DNA of 64,000 bases from Bacilli bacterium (GCA_022652945.1 JALCRV010000005.1:83512-147511); one strand, 5' to 3'; positions 10,466 through 20,253 are shown, counted from the stretch's first letter. Numbers and translations are program-made. The notes: generated by a model not told the origin, from the sequence alone.

Positions 10466-10940
10466 ATAACGGTTTTCACTTTTCTAGGTATGGAAATAAA
10501 TGCGCCACACCACGCATAGATCAAAATTGAGTTTCAGTTATTATGGATAAAAACCATCTCAAGGCTTAAGAGAATATGCTCAAGGAAAGCCATTACTCCC
10601 CTTAGGAGTATTTGACGATCGACAGCATCTATAAGACAATTTTTACTACAATGACTTATATATCAATGCATCCTTTTTAGAAGGATACGGATTAATTATA
10701 GGCTTAAAAGTAAGCCATTACAATCGAATATTTTGGGGAAATCCCATTATAAAAAAACGGATGCAAAAAAAGGTTCAAGAACTGCCGGAGGTTTTAAGCA
10801 AAAATCCATTTTCCTCTTTCCAAATAAATATTTTTAAATGAACGCCTAAGGCAATTTGAAAATTCTATTTGCGTTTTCGGGCTTTCTTATCTATACTTAC
10901 ATTGCTTAAGGAAGGAAACTTCCAAAGCTTCTATCTATTC

Positions 10941-11334
10941 GGGGATGTAAAGGTCTCGACAGGTAGGGAGCAGCCTTGAGCGCAGCGGAGTGGCGGCCTA
11001 ACCGCTAAAGCACGATAAATGCCAAACCTATTTATCACAGATATGCGCCGGCTTTTGCCGCCGCTGCTTGCTAGTCTTAACTAGCGCAGCATAAGCGGGA
11101 GGTACACTCCCGAGCATAGTCTAGAGAGTACTCGCTATTCCATTCGGAGTTCCCTAGGCTAACCAAGAACGGATAGTCTCACCTCAAGATAGTCTGAGGC
11201 AGATGAAATTAAGCGCTATCGCCCCTGAGAACAATACGGCCGTTACGAAGCTCAGGGTATTATGACGGCCTAAGCTGTAGCGATCAGGACTTTGCCTTAT
11301 TTGGACAGGGGTTCAACTCCCCTCATCTCCACCA
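10941..11334 (+). ncRNA. ssrA: tmRNA (SsrA)
   Basis: The 5' end GGGGATGTAAAGGTCTCGACAGG resembles B. subtilis ssrA (GGGGACGTTACGGATTCGACAGG). The 3' end has a tRNA-like T-arm and acceptor, GGTTCAACTCCCCTCATCTCCACCA. An internal reading frame follows ATAAAT (GCC AAA ... GCT GCT TGC TAG TCT TAA), which aligns with the B. subtilis tag region and its double stop. A hairpin plus T-run terminator follows at 11345-11364. Confidence 0.9.
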
Positions 11335-11364
11335 GCAAAAATAGCCCGAGAAATCGGGATTTTT

Positions 11365-11802
11365 CTATGATTTGACACTACCGTTTTTTTCACCCGACAG
11401 AACACGTGTCAAAAAGCTATCGACCTTCTCAGAATCAGTCTCAGCACAATGCAAATAATACTTGTTTGTGATCTCAGAAGACGAATGTCCGAGCATATTT
11501 GATACAACCTCTACACTAAAACCACTGTCAACCAAGATGATTGCAAGCGAATGTCTGAACGAATGAAAACGGAAATAAGGAATACCAGCCTTACGACAAC
11601 CATCAGCCACAGCACGATAGACAGTGGTAGCACCAATAGGCAACCTATGATCATAAAAAGAGAAGAAAAGATAATCATCGGGAAGAAGACAATAATCCTT
11701 GATGTACTCATCAATCAACTTGCAAACAAACTCAGGAAGCAAGACTTTGCGCCTTGAAGAAACCGACTTAGGAGAGATAGGCAGGCTTGCCAATCTCAAC
11801 AC
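11365..11802 (-). pseudogene. Tyrosine recombinase (phage integrase) C-terminal catalytic fragment
   Basis: A 145-aa ORF containing the HxxR box (FHSFRHSLA) and a C-terminal GHSSSEITNKYY catalytic-Tyr region. Full-length integrases are about 350-400 aa. No N-terminal SAM-like or core-binding domain precedes it, because a methyltransferase-like ORF overlaps its 5' end. It is adjacent to the ssrA 3' end, a classic integration site. Confidence 0.6.
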
Positions 11803-12115
11803 ACCACCTTATAAACTCGTCCTTGTTTGAGCAAGGAGGACTAGTGATAACGCAATCGAACTGAAACGAAGGAACACATTTAAGGAAATCAAGTTGATCT
11901 TTAGTAGTTGTAACAACCTTGAAGCCCTTAGCACGAAGGACAGAGGCAATGCGAGACGAGCCGTTATCGCAACACTCCCAATAAGTAAGAGAAGGATCTA
12001 GGAAGGGAACTAAGGCTAAGACAGCGTAATCAGGAGTATAAACATCGCCATTTGCGCCGTTTCGCATACGATTAAACATCGCTTGTATCAATCCGCCCTC
12101 ACCCCCTTCCAACAA
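11768..12115 (-). pseudogene. DNA methyltransferase-like N-terminal fragment (tentative)
   Basis: A 115-aa ORF with FDCVITSPPC, which resembles motif IV ([DNS]PP[YFW]) of N6A/N4C methyltransferases preceded by a hydrophobic beta-strand. It is truncated after about 115 aa and abuts and overlaps the integrase fragment. Confidence 0.3.
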
Positions 12116-12221
12116 GCCAACTTTCTTTCTTCTTTGCAGGACACTAAGAAGAAAGCGAAGAACAGCGTGTAATTTATCTAGGCTCTTATTGACAAACGAG
12201 CAAAACCAAGCAATAATAGAA

Positions 12222-13970
12222 TCAAACGACAGGCCGTTGCTTGCCTATTCCCGGACCGATGTCCGGTTTTTTTTTAAGCAAAGACTCATACTTATCCATC
12301 CTTCTAACCTTAAAAAAAGTAGGACGAGCATTTTTCGCCTTAATCCTTCTAGGAAGAGGAGAAACACCGACACCAGTCTTTAAAGGGAAATTAGTATCTT
12401 TTCTCAGCAGAGGAAACAACTTATCATCACAAAGAAAGGCCAAATTTTTTGAATGAAGAAACCCCTCGGAAGTAGTCAAAGAATCAAACACACGGCCCTT
12501 AACAGAATTAGTCTTCAAAAGCCCGAAAGGCTTGATAACATAAACAAAGTGAACACCCCTATAACGCTCACAAGAGAAACCAGCACGAATAAGATCAGGA
12601 TTAGGAACAGAAATAATATCGCCCTTCTTATAAAAACGCTTAGGATTGACACAAACAATTCTTTGATTAGGCATAAAACCACCTCACTCACGAGAAACAA
12701 ACTTCAAATTACGCTTTCTGTCAAAGCCAACAGTGAAAACGGAATTGTCAGAGGGAACAGAAACCTTATAGAAGGTTTGACCTTCCTTGATAAGGAAGCC
12801 TTTTCCTCTCTTGCCGATACGAAGAAGATGATCGTAGACAGAGCGACACTCTTTGGGATTATCTGACATATCCCAGCGACAATAGCCTTTACCCTTCCAA
12901 GAAGAACCGTATCCCATAGAAACACCAGCCTTTCTTTCTAACGGCAGTTATTACGGAAATAAGGCTTACGAGTCCACTTACGATGAACAACCTTACAGCC
13001 TTGACTCAGAGCGGAATGATAATCAGCGAGGAAGTCTCTACGAGCCTTATAATCTTCCTCATTAAACCCTTGAATCTGCTTACGACCATCAGCCTTATAA
13101 ACGATGTCAAACGACCGTAACCGCTTCTGTCCTTTTTTCTTGAAACCAAACATATTTTTTATTTCCTTTCCTTAAAATATGGATTTTTATAGCGATAGAC
13201 TTTCTTGCAGAAGAAACCACCGCCATAATCCCAAATACCACCAAACACATAACCGTACCGAACATCTTTACGAGACTTAAACTTTTCATTCAAAGAAGAA
13301 ACGCATTTGCCATAATCACCAACAATAACAAGATCATCAGTAAGATCACCGCCAATAAGCGAACCAACACCGCAATTTGGTTTTAAAGAATAGCCAGCAC
13401 CGTGATATGTAAAAGACATAAAAGCCACCTTTTTATTTCCAATAAAGACGGATAAACTTCTTATTCTTTGCGTAATGCTCATAGGCTTTCCTAGACCCAG
13501 CAGAATAAGGAGAACGATCTTTCCTTAGATCACCAGCCATAGAGCGACAGTAATCATCAATACCCCAAACACGATCTGTCTTGACTAAGGGAAAACCACG
13601 CTTCTTTCTCTCACGGATAGTAGAGCTAATATCAGCATTTGTATCTCTAATACCCTGAATGTATAGATCAAGGTCACGGCCGTTAAGCTTTGTAATACGA
13701 TTGACATTCATATTTCCATTTCCCCTAGAAAAACTAATGATTCCTCAAAGAAGACCGCAAGTATTCCAAAACCTTATTACGATTCCGAGAGTAGTAATAA
13801 TCCTGAGATCCATAACGATAAACAGTGCCTACCTTCTTACGGTGACCGTTAGCAGTTTTCTGCATTACCCAATGAGGAATCATCCCAGTAACACGCCATC
13901 CGACAGGTGATGTGTACCCCTCCTCTTGGGCACTTAAAGGTGTCCAGGATTCGGGGTACACATCAAACAA
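12222..13970 (-). pseudogene. Tiled, frame-broken coding remnant(s) of unknown function (about 575 aa in total) in the ssrA-adjacent island
   Basis: Six minus-strand ORFs (13734-13970, 13433-13711, 13159-13482, 12938-13153, 12684-12917, 12222-12674) tile the region head to tail. They are separated only by short gaps or frame shifts, and all are basic and rich in K, R, Y and G. This pattern suggests one or two longer genes inactivated by frameshifts and stops. The function is not recognisable. Confidence 0.4.
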
Positions 13971-14179
13971 TTTAAGTCCTTTTAATAATTACCGAACGAT
14001 TGATTTTTCATTGAAGAAAATCAGCCATGCAAATCAATCTTTGAAAACTAAAGCAATTTTAGCAAGCAAAACGCCGACGAATTTGCAAATAGCAACCGAA
14101 AAGTGGAATTTAGATATTCAAAGTTGGTAGTGCCTTTACTCCCTTTAAACGAGAATATCCTCGGGAGGAAAAGATGTAA

Positions 14180-15052
14180 ATGGAAAATATCTTGCAAGTC
14201 AAAGGGCTCTGCAAAAAATACCCCTCGTTCAAGTTGGACAATGTATCCTTTTCTATCGCTAAAGGTGAGATCGCCGGCTTCATCGGCAGAAACGGTGCCG
14301 GAAAAACAACCACTTTAAAGTGCCTAGCTAACCTTGTCCATAAAGATGATGGAGACATTACTATGTTTGGCCTGGATTTTAAGAAGAACGAAGAAGAATG
14401 CAAGACTAAAATAGCTTTTGTTTTAGAAGGTATCGACTATTATCCTAGGGTAAAAATCAAAAAGTTAACCGAGGTAACTAGAAGATATTATCCAAAATGG
14501 GACGAGAAGAAATACCGGAAATATCTTCGTGCTTTCGGTTTAAAAGAAGACTTAACGATGAAGCAGATGTCCAACGGGATGAAGCTCAAATATCAACTCG
14601 CTGTCAGTTTGTCCCATGGAGGAGATCTGTTAATATTCGATGAACCAACCTCCGGTTTAGACCCCATCTCTCGTGATGAGATACAGGAAATCTTCAAAAC
14701 CATTGTCTCTGACAAGAATAAAAGCATTCTTTTTTCCACTCATATCACAACCGACTTGGAGAAATGCGCGGATAAGATCATCTATCTTTCTCATGGTCGA
14801 ATCGTCATGGAGAAATCTAAAGAAGCCTTTCTTGCTTCCTTTAAATTAATCGAGGGTGAGAAAAATCTTCTGGAGCGAAAGGAGTTCATCGCTTCCCTGA
14901 TTTCTTACCGGGTGGAAGAAGACAGATTAGTCGGGCTGGGGTATTCAGATAAAATCATCCACATAAATAACGTAGTGGAACGTGCACCCAATTTGGATGA
15001 AATTATGATTTTCTACGAGAGAGGACAAGAAAATGAAAAATTTGCTTTATAA
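14180..15052 (+). CDS. ABC transporter ATP-binding protein
   Basis: Walker A (GRNGAGKTT), ABC signature (LSNGMKLKYQLAVSL) and Walker B (LLIFDEPTSGLD) motifs are present. An RBS (GGAGG) precedes the ATG. Confidence 0.9.
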   Translation: MENILQVKGLCKKYPSFKLDNVSFSIAKGEIAGFIGRNGAGKTTTLKCLANLVHKDDGDITMFGLDFKKNEEECKTKIAFVLEGIDYYPRVKIKKLTEVTRRYYPKWDEKKYRKYLRAFGLKEDLTMKQMSNGMKLKYQLAVSLSHGGDLLIFDEPTSGLDPISRDEIQEIFKTIVSDKNKSILFSTHITTDLEKCADKIIYLSHGRIVMEKSKEAFLASFKLIEGEKNLLERKEFIASLISYRVEEDRLVGLGYSDKIIHINNVVERAPNLDEIMIFYERGQENEKFAL

Positions 15053-15677
15053 AGAATTCCGACTTTCCTTAATGCCGATTAATCTGCTTTTCCTCCTTTC
15101 GCCTTTGCTGGTTCTGATTCCGGGCTACCCATATGCTGTCAGCTTTATCTATCTGCCAATCGGTTTAATCCAGATGTTTAATCTTGGAAGGGAGAATAAC
15201 GAGATATATTATTCTGCTTTACTGCCAGTTAGAAAGAATTCTTTCGTTAAATCCCGCTTCCTTTTAGTAATTGGCTTACAGGTAGCGGATTTGCTGCTGA
15301 CAATTCCCTGCCTTTATCTAAACGGAGCTTTAAAGATAATCAATTATGCGGGACTAGAAGCTAACTGGGCCTTAGAAGGCCTGGGGCTAATAATGTTCGG
15401 GCTTTTCAACGTGATTTTCTTAACGATGTTTTATAAAACGGGAGTTAAGTCAGGAATTCCTTTTCTTCTGGCCTTTTCTATCATGCTGATAGTCGGGGAG
15501 TCATTAGATCTCGTGTTTTCTTTCGTTAAGCCCTTCCCTAGCCTATTAGATACCACAATTTTTCAGATAAACTGGGCTCAGGGGGCTGTCTTCGCTTCAG
15601 GTCTTTTAATATATATCTTATTGACTCTTGCTTCCTATCTTCTCTCTATTCAAGAAGCCGAGAAGATTGAGATATAA
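15033..15677 (+). CDS. ABC-2 type transporter permease-like membrane protein
   Basis: A 214-aa protein with about 6 predicted hydrophobic helices. It overlaps the 3' end of the ATPase gene by 20 nt, which suggests translational coupling. Confidence 0.6.
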   Translation: MKNLLYKEFRLSLMPINLLFLLSPLLVLIPGYPYAVSFIYLPIGLIQMFNLGRENNEIYYSALLPVRKNSFVKSRFLLVIGLQVADLLLTIPCLYLNGALKIINYAGLEANWALEGLGLIMFGLFNVIFLTMFYKTGVKSGIPFLLAFSIMLIVGESLDLVFSFVKPFPSLLDTTIFQINWAQGAVFASGLLIYILLTLASYLLSIQEAEKIEI

Positions 15678-15709
15678 ACAATTATGGTAAAATCAAAAGG
15701 AGAAATATC

Positions 15710-16495
15710 ATGACAACCGGAGAAAAGATTTCAATTCAGAGAAGAAAGATCAATCTTACCCAAGAACAACTGGCGGATCAACTCTTGGTCACCCGCCAAA
15801 CTGTCTCTAAGTGGGAAACGGATTTAGCCTTCCCGGAAACAGATAAGTTAATTGCCATGTCGGAACTTTTCAATTGCTCAATCGATTATTTGTTAAAGGA
15901 AAATATTGAAGAAGCCACATCTGTTAGAGAAGAAGGGCTTAATAGAACAAAAATCAATGGTTACATCAACAGTATTTACTTTGAATATAAGAGCAAAAAG
16001 ACTATCCATGGCATCCCCTTGGTTCATGTTAACTGGGGTTTCAGAAGAAAAGCCAAAGGCATCATTGCCATCGGAGTTAGAGCGGAAGGTGTTATCGCCA
16101 TCGGCATCTTTGCAATGGGTCTTTTATCTTTCGGTGTCTTTTCCCTCGGCATCTTAGCTTTTGGCGCATGGGCTTTAGGCTTTATCGACTTAGGCGCAAT
16201 TGCGATAGGAGCCTTTTCCTTCGGAGCTATTTCAATCGGCTTAATGTCAAACGGTGCGCTTTCCGTCGGAGAATTTGCCTATGGGGCTTTAGCCATCGGA
16301 CAATACGGAGCGGTCGGAAACCGCGCTTACGGGTTAGTAACTTCCGCTTCGACGATGGATTTATCTTTCGGTACTTACTTCAAGGAAGCTTCTTCGGCTT
16401 TCCGCTTTTCCGAAGCAGGTAAAAAAGCCCTTAGCGAGGTGGTCCCTGAAGCCTTAAAATGGCTGATGAATTTCTTCCTCAGCCTATATAGTTAA
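15710..16495 (+). CDS. XRE-family HTH regulator with a C-terminal glycine-zipper repeat membrane domain
   Basis: The N-terminus (EKISIQRRKINLTQEQLADQLLVTRQTVSKWETDLAFPETDKL) is a Cro/C1 HTH. The C-terminal ~110 aa consist of about 14 tandem 7-8 residue units with conserved Gly (GIIAIGVRAEGVIAIGIFAMGLLSFGVFSLGILAFGAWALGFIDLGAIAIGAFSFGAISIGLMSNGALSVGEFAYGALAIG). Confidence 0.7.
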   Translation: MTTGEKISIQRRKINLTQEQLADQLLVTRQTVSKWETDLAFPETDKLIAMSELFNCSIDYLLKENIEEATSVREEGLNRTKINGYINSIYFEYKSKKTIHGIPLVHVNWGFRRKAKGIIAIGVRAEGVIAIGIFAMGLLSFGVFSLGILAFGAWALGFIDLGAIAIGAFSFGAISIGLMSNGALSVGEFAYGALAIGQYGAVGNRAYGLVTSASTMDLSFGTYFKEASSAFRFSEAGKKALSEVVPEALKWLMNFFLSLYS

Positions 16496-16497
16496 AT

Positions 16498-17142
16498 CTA
16501 ACTCCTTTTAGGATGATCCTTGTCTTCTTCCGGTATCACATAGCCGTGGCTAACAGCATAGATCGCCAGTTTGCTGATAGAATCAAAACCAGTTTTATTT
16601 AAGATAGAACGAACATATGATTTTATCGTGTTTTCTGAATAAGATAATTTTTCAGCGATCTCTTTTCTTCCATACCCCTCGCAGACTAAGCGCAGAATAG
16701 AAAGTTCCATCTTCGAAAGAGATAAAAGCAAAGAAGATCCATCGTTTTCCTCTTTTAAAGGAAAACAATGCTTCCCTTGAGAAACTGAGCGGATGATTTC
16801 TTTCGTTTCCTCTAAGGAAATGTTCTTATACACAAAAGCATCCGCTCCTTGCTCTTTAGCTTTTTGCACAAAACTAATCTCAGGATACCCGCTCATTAAA
16901 ATGACCTTAATTTGAGGAAAACGGGCTTTGAGGAGAGGAAGTAAATTTAGCATGTTTTCTTCTTTTAAGCAGGTGTCGGAAAGAATGATGTCGACATGGT
17001 TTTGATTTAAGAAATCCATCAGACCTGACGTTTCTTGAAAAAGTCCGACAATTGAAAAATCATCTCTCAAAGAATCAGCAAAAGAATCTAACAAAATTTT
17101 TTGATCTTCGATGATGACTATTTTAGTTTTTCCCTGGTCCAT
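16498..17142 (-). CDS. Two-component response regulator, NarL/FixJ (LuxR-type HTH) family
   Basis: A receiver domain (KIVIIEDQKILLDSF...DIILSDTCL...KVILMSGY) precedes a C-terminal LuxR HTH (LSILRLVCEGYGRKEIAEKLSYSENTIKSYVRSILNKTG). Confidence 0.85.
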   Translation of the reverse strand: MDQGKTKIVIIEDQKILLDSFADSLRDDFSIVGLFQETSGLMDFLNQNHVDIILSDTCLKEENMLNLLPLLKARFPQIKVILMSGYPEISFVQKAKEQGADAFVYKNISLEETKEIIRSVSQGKHCFPLKEENDGSSLLLSLSKMELSILRLVCEGYGRKEIAEKLSYSENTIKSYVRSILNKTGFDSISKLAIYAVSHGYVIPEEDKDHPKRS

Positions 17143-17278
17143 AAGAACATTTTACACAATAAGACCTTAAAAGCATACCCAAAAGGGTGAATATTCCCTC
17201 TCTTTCTGCCTAGAAAGCCGGCTAAGATTGCTTCAATTCGCCGATTTGCATAAAATAATTGATATGAATAAGGAAAAA

Positions 17279-18883
17279 ATGTGGCCATGGATACTTTTAG
17301 CCCTGCTGACCGTCGCTGTTTTTTCTGCTGGACTGATTATTTCCTTGCTTAGGGATGTTCCCTCGACTAGCCAAGTGCCAATGGGAACTACTTTTGTTTT
17401 CGTTTGTTTTACCTTGTTGATTGTGATTTGGGGCGGAACGATGATTTACCGCACGCAAGATATAAACATCAGACATTACTTTTTCTGGATCATTACTTTT
17501 CTGGCGATGCTAATCATCGTCGGTTATGTTAAAAGGCTGGCTTACTCAGAAACCTTCACCCGTTATTTATGGTATCTTTCTTATCTTCCCTTGCTAGTTC
17601 TCCCCACTTTCTGGCTATGTTTGATTCTCTCTTCGCTAACTAAAATAAATGACAAAAAAGCATTACTTATTTTGCTAAGTATCGATCTGATTCTTTTCGC
17701 CATAGTCCTAACAAACGACTTTAGCGGTTTAACCTTTATCTTAAGTGAGGATCCGAAGAAATATAAGCATGGGGTCGTTTATTTTATGATCTATGGTTAT
17801 ATTTTCCTTCAGCTTTTCTTGGCGATGGTTATCTTCAGCCATCGGACGATTAAGAGGAATTCCTTCAGACAGATTTGGCCCGTCTGGCTGGTTTTGCTTC
17901 TTATCGCAACATATTCAGTTTTATATATCCTTCCTAACTCTTTTATCTTTGATATTCCAATCCTCCATACTTATTATTTTGTCTATGCTTTCTTCTCTTT
18001 AGTCTTAATCGAGATCACTCTGGAGACGGGGCTTATTCAAAACACCGGCTTTTATAAGAGATATTTTGAAAGGTCATCTTATTGCTTGGCGTTGGTGGAT
18101 GGAAACTATAATCCCATCTATACCAACCAACGCTTCCAAATGGTCGAGGAAATCAAAACAACCGACAATACAGTCGTGAATTTCACCAGATACCGCAAGG
18201 AAAAAATAGCTGATGGTTATCTGATTATCCAAGAGGATCTGACCACCTTGCTTTCTTTACAAGAAGAGCTGAAAACCAAACAAGCCGAATTAAGAAGAAC
18301 GACAGAAATCCTAAAAAAGAACCAGAAGGTAGATTTAACCTTCGAGAAAATCAAGACTCAGGAAGAATTACTTAAAGCCATCGACGAGGAAATCGTTGAG
18401 AAGAATAAAAAAATCAAAGAGATCGTCGCCAGCTTCCCAGATGAACTGACCGAACAAAATCGTCAGGAATACCTTCCTATCTTGGCTGATCTAAAAATTC
18501 AAATCTGCTTTTTAAAGCAGCGTTGCTTGTTCTTGATTAACGGCTCTAAAAACGGCAGGCTGACCCACGATGAATTTGCTCTTTCGATGGGGAGTCTATT
18601 GCAGGATCTACGAAGCCTGAATTATCAAGTGGCGTGCTCTTACGGAGATGAAAAAGGCGGTAAATTGTCTTTCTGCTTAAAAGCCAACGACTTCTTCTAT
18701 ACGCTTGTGCAAAGCTTTAACGGGAAACCCGGAGCGATTTTCCTTTCCGTTTCCTTAGGCAAGGAACAAACCAAGGCTCGCGTTTTCCCTTCTAAGCTTT
18801 TTAAACTCGTCCCAAATAAGCTTCAATTAAAAAAGACTGAGGAGGATGGTGATTTAATCATCACCATGGTTAAGGGAAAATGA
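17279..18883 (+). CDS. Multi-pass membrane protein with a cytoplasmic coiled coil. Kinase-like accessory (no H-box, no N/G boxes), translationally coupled to the downstream histidine kinase.
   Basis: About 7 N-terminal hydrophobic helices are followed by a coiled coil (LQEELKTKQAELRRTTEILKKNQ...). No recognisable HisKA or HATPase motifs are present. The stop overlaps the HK start (ATGA). The start was chosen at MWPW, 6 nt after an AAGGA RBS. The track ORF begins 17 codons upstream, at 17228. Confidence 0.55.
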   Translation: MWPWILLALLTVAVFSAGLIISLLRDVPSTSQVPMGTTFVFVCFTLLIVIWGGTMIYRTQDINIRHYFFWIITFLAMLIIVGYVKRLAYSETFTRYLWYLSYLPLLVLPTFWLCLILSSLTKINDKKALLILLSIDLILFAIVLTNDFSGLTFILSEDPKKYKHGVVYFMIYGYIFLQLFLAMVIFSHRTIKRNSFRQIWPVWLVLLLIATYSVLYILPNSFIFDIPILHTYYFVYAFFSLVLIEITLETGLIQNTGFYKRYFERSSYCLALVDGNYNPIYTNQRFQMVEEIKTTDNTVVNFTRYRKEKIADGYLIIQEDLTTLLSLQEELKTKQAELRRTTEILKKNQKVDLTFEKIKTQEELLKAIDEEIVEKNKKIKEIVASFPDELTEQNRQEYLPILADLKIQICFLKQRCLFLINGSKNGRLTHDEFALSMGSLLQDLRSLNYQVACSYGDEKGGKLSFCLKANDFFYTLVQSFNGKPGAIFLSVSLGKEQTKARVFPSKLFKLVPNKLQLKKTEEDGDLIITMVKGK

Positions 18884-20220
18884 ACGCCATCTTTAATGAT
18901 TCGATGGAAGTGAAGGCGGTAATCATCATTTTGCTTTTGATGATTACTTTGCTTTTATCTGTCGGTTTGTTAATGGAGATTTTGCTAAAGCCTAACAAGA
19001 TAAAGATGGCGTATGCGATTATGGCTATTTGGGGAGGTGGCTTGTTGGAATTAGGATGGCTGATTGCTTTTTATAACAATAGCAATGTCCTATTAACTAC
19101 TATGTTGCTTTATTGTCCGGCTTTGGTCCTCGCCTACGCTCCTTTTTACGGCTTTAAGGAGAAGAAACCAATCGTTATCGCTGATATGCTTGCGCTCTTT
19201 TTGATCCTTCCATTTATGCAGTTTAATAAATATACGATCATCTATTATTTCTTGGCTTTGGTCTTTTATTTCTTCCGCTCTTCCTTTTATCTGTTTTCCA
19301 TGCTGAGCCTGATCGTGGAAAAGGTTAATCTCTATTCCCTGAAAATAAGCCTAGATAATCTCGATGGCGGCTTGATAATCACCGATAAAAGACAAGCTCC
19401 GGCCTTTATCAATCAAACTTTTATCAATTACCTCGCTAAAAAAGACATTCCCCAACATCAGAAAAAAGATCAATTGATGAAACAATTGACTTCTGGAGCC
19501 GAAAAGGTCGCAGATTATTCCTGGCTGATTAAGGATGAAAACAACTATTTCCTGTTAAAGGAAAAAGAAGGCGAGGGGGGCAGCGAGTTGCTTCTTTTAA
19601 ATGTCTCCTCGGAAATGGCTTTGGAAAATGAGCTCAAGAAAGTCAATGAAGATTTAACTAAGGAACAGAACACTCTGATTGAAGCCTTGGATGATTTAAA
19701 GAAGATTGAAAGAATCAAGGAAAGGGATCGAGTCCGCAGCCTTGTTCATGACTCTTTTGCTGAAGAAGTCTCCTTTATCCATCAAATCATCACCAATCCG
19801 AAGACCAACGATTTAAGGCCTTTAAAAGAGCTGGTAAAAAAAGAGCCGTTTAAGGAAGACTCTAAGACCAAGGATGTTAAAGAATTAATCGAGGAATATC
19901 AGTTATTAAATGTTAATATCATCTTGAAAGGTTCTTTAAATAAATTACCTCATCAGGATGTCGCTTTAGCGATTATTAAAGAAGGCATCGATAACGCTAT
20001 CCGTCACGGCAATGCCGTTAACGTCAATATCGCTATTCAGAAAGGCACTGATACATATAATGTAGAAATAAAAAATGACGGCAAAATACCGACGGAATTC
20101 TCTATGCATAATGGATTAACTAACCTGAAGGCATCTGTGGAATCCATCGGAGGAGAATTGGTCATTGAGAAAAATCCGGCCTTTACTTTGATTGCGAAGA
20201 TTCCTCTGCTATCAGATTAA
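18880..20220 (+). CDS. Sensor histidine kinase, HisKA_3 (NarX/DegS/ComP type)
   Basis: An N-terminal region of about 5-6 TM helices is followed by a HisKA_3-type H-box (RDRVRSLVHDSFAEEVS). The HATPase N-box (IKEGIDNAIRHGNA), G1 (KNDGKIP) and G2 (GLTNLKASVESIGGEL) are present. The gene is divergent from the LuxR-type response regulator. Confidence 0.85.
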   Translation: MNAIFNDSMEVKAVIIILLLMITLLLSVGLLMEILLKPNKIKMAYAIMAIWGGGLLELGWLIAFYNNSNVLLTTMLLYCPALVLAYAPFYGFKEKKPIVIADMLALFLILPFMQFNKYTIIYYFLALVFYFFRSSFYLFSMLSLIVEKVNLYSLKISLDNLDGGLIITDKRQAPAFINQTFINYLAKKDIPQHQKKDQLMKQLTSGAEKVADYSWLIKDENNYFLLKEKEGEGGSELLLLNVSSEMALENELKKVNEDLTKEQNTLIEALDDLKKIERIKERDRVRSLVHDSFAEEVSFIHQIITNPKTNDLRPLKELVKKEPFKEDSKTKDVKELIEEYQLLNVNIILKGSLNKLPHQDVALAIIKEGIDNAIRHGNAVNVNIAIQKGTDTYNVEIKNDGKIPTEFSMHNGLTNLKASVESIGGELVIEKNPAFTLIAKIPLLSD

Positions 20221-20253
20221 ATTTGCATTAACATGTTCTTAAAGGAGGCGGTT

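Noticed and set aside
12251-12275. Hairpin CCGGAC-CGAT-GTCCGG followed by T9, resembling a plus-strand rho-independent terminator inside the island
   Set aside because: There is no upstream plus-strand gene for it to terminate, and it lies within a minus-strand pseudogene fragment. It may be a relic of a lost gene, so it was not reported as a functional terminator.
12222-13970. Considered whether the tiled small ORFs are an integrated Microviridae (gokushovirus) genome or a rolling-circle Rep, based on a YEHYAKNKK segment resembling YxxKY motifs
   Set aside because: The Tyr spacing does not match phiX/gokushovirus motif III. There is no HUH motif and no capsid-like signature. The resemblance is too weak to support any call beyond an unknown pseudogenised region.
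13970-14180. Looked for a direct repeat of the tmRNA 3' end (attR) at the far side of the ssrA-adjacent island
   Set aside because: No convincing repeat of GGTTCAACTCCCCTCATCTCCACCA or a 15-nt subsegment was found by eye. The island boundary remains undefined.
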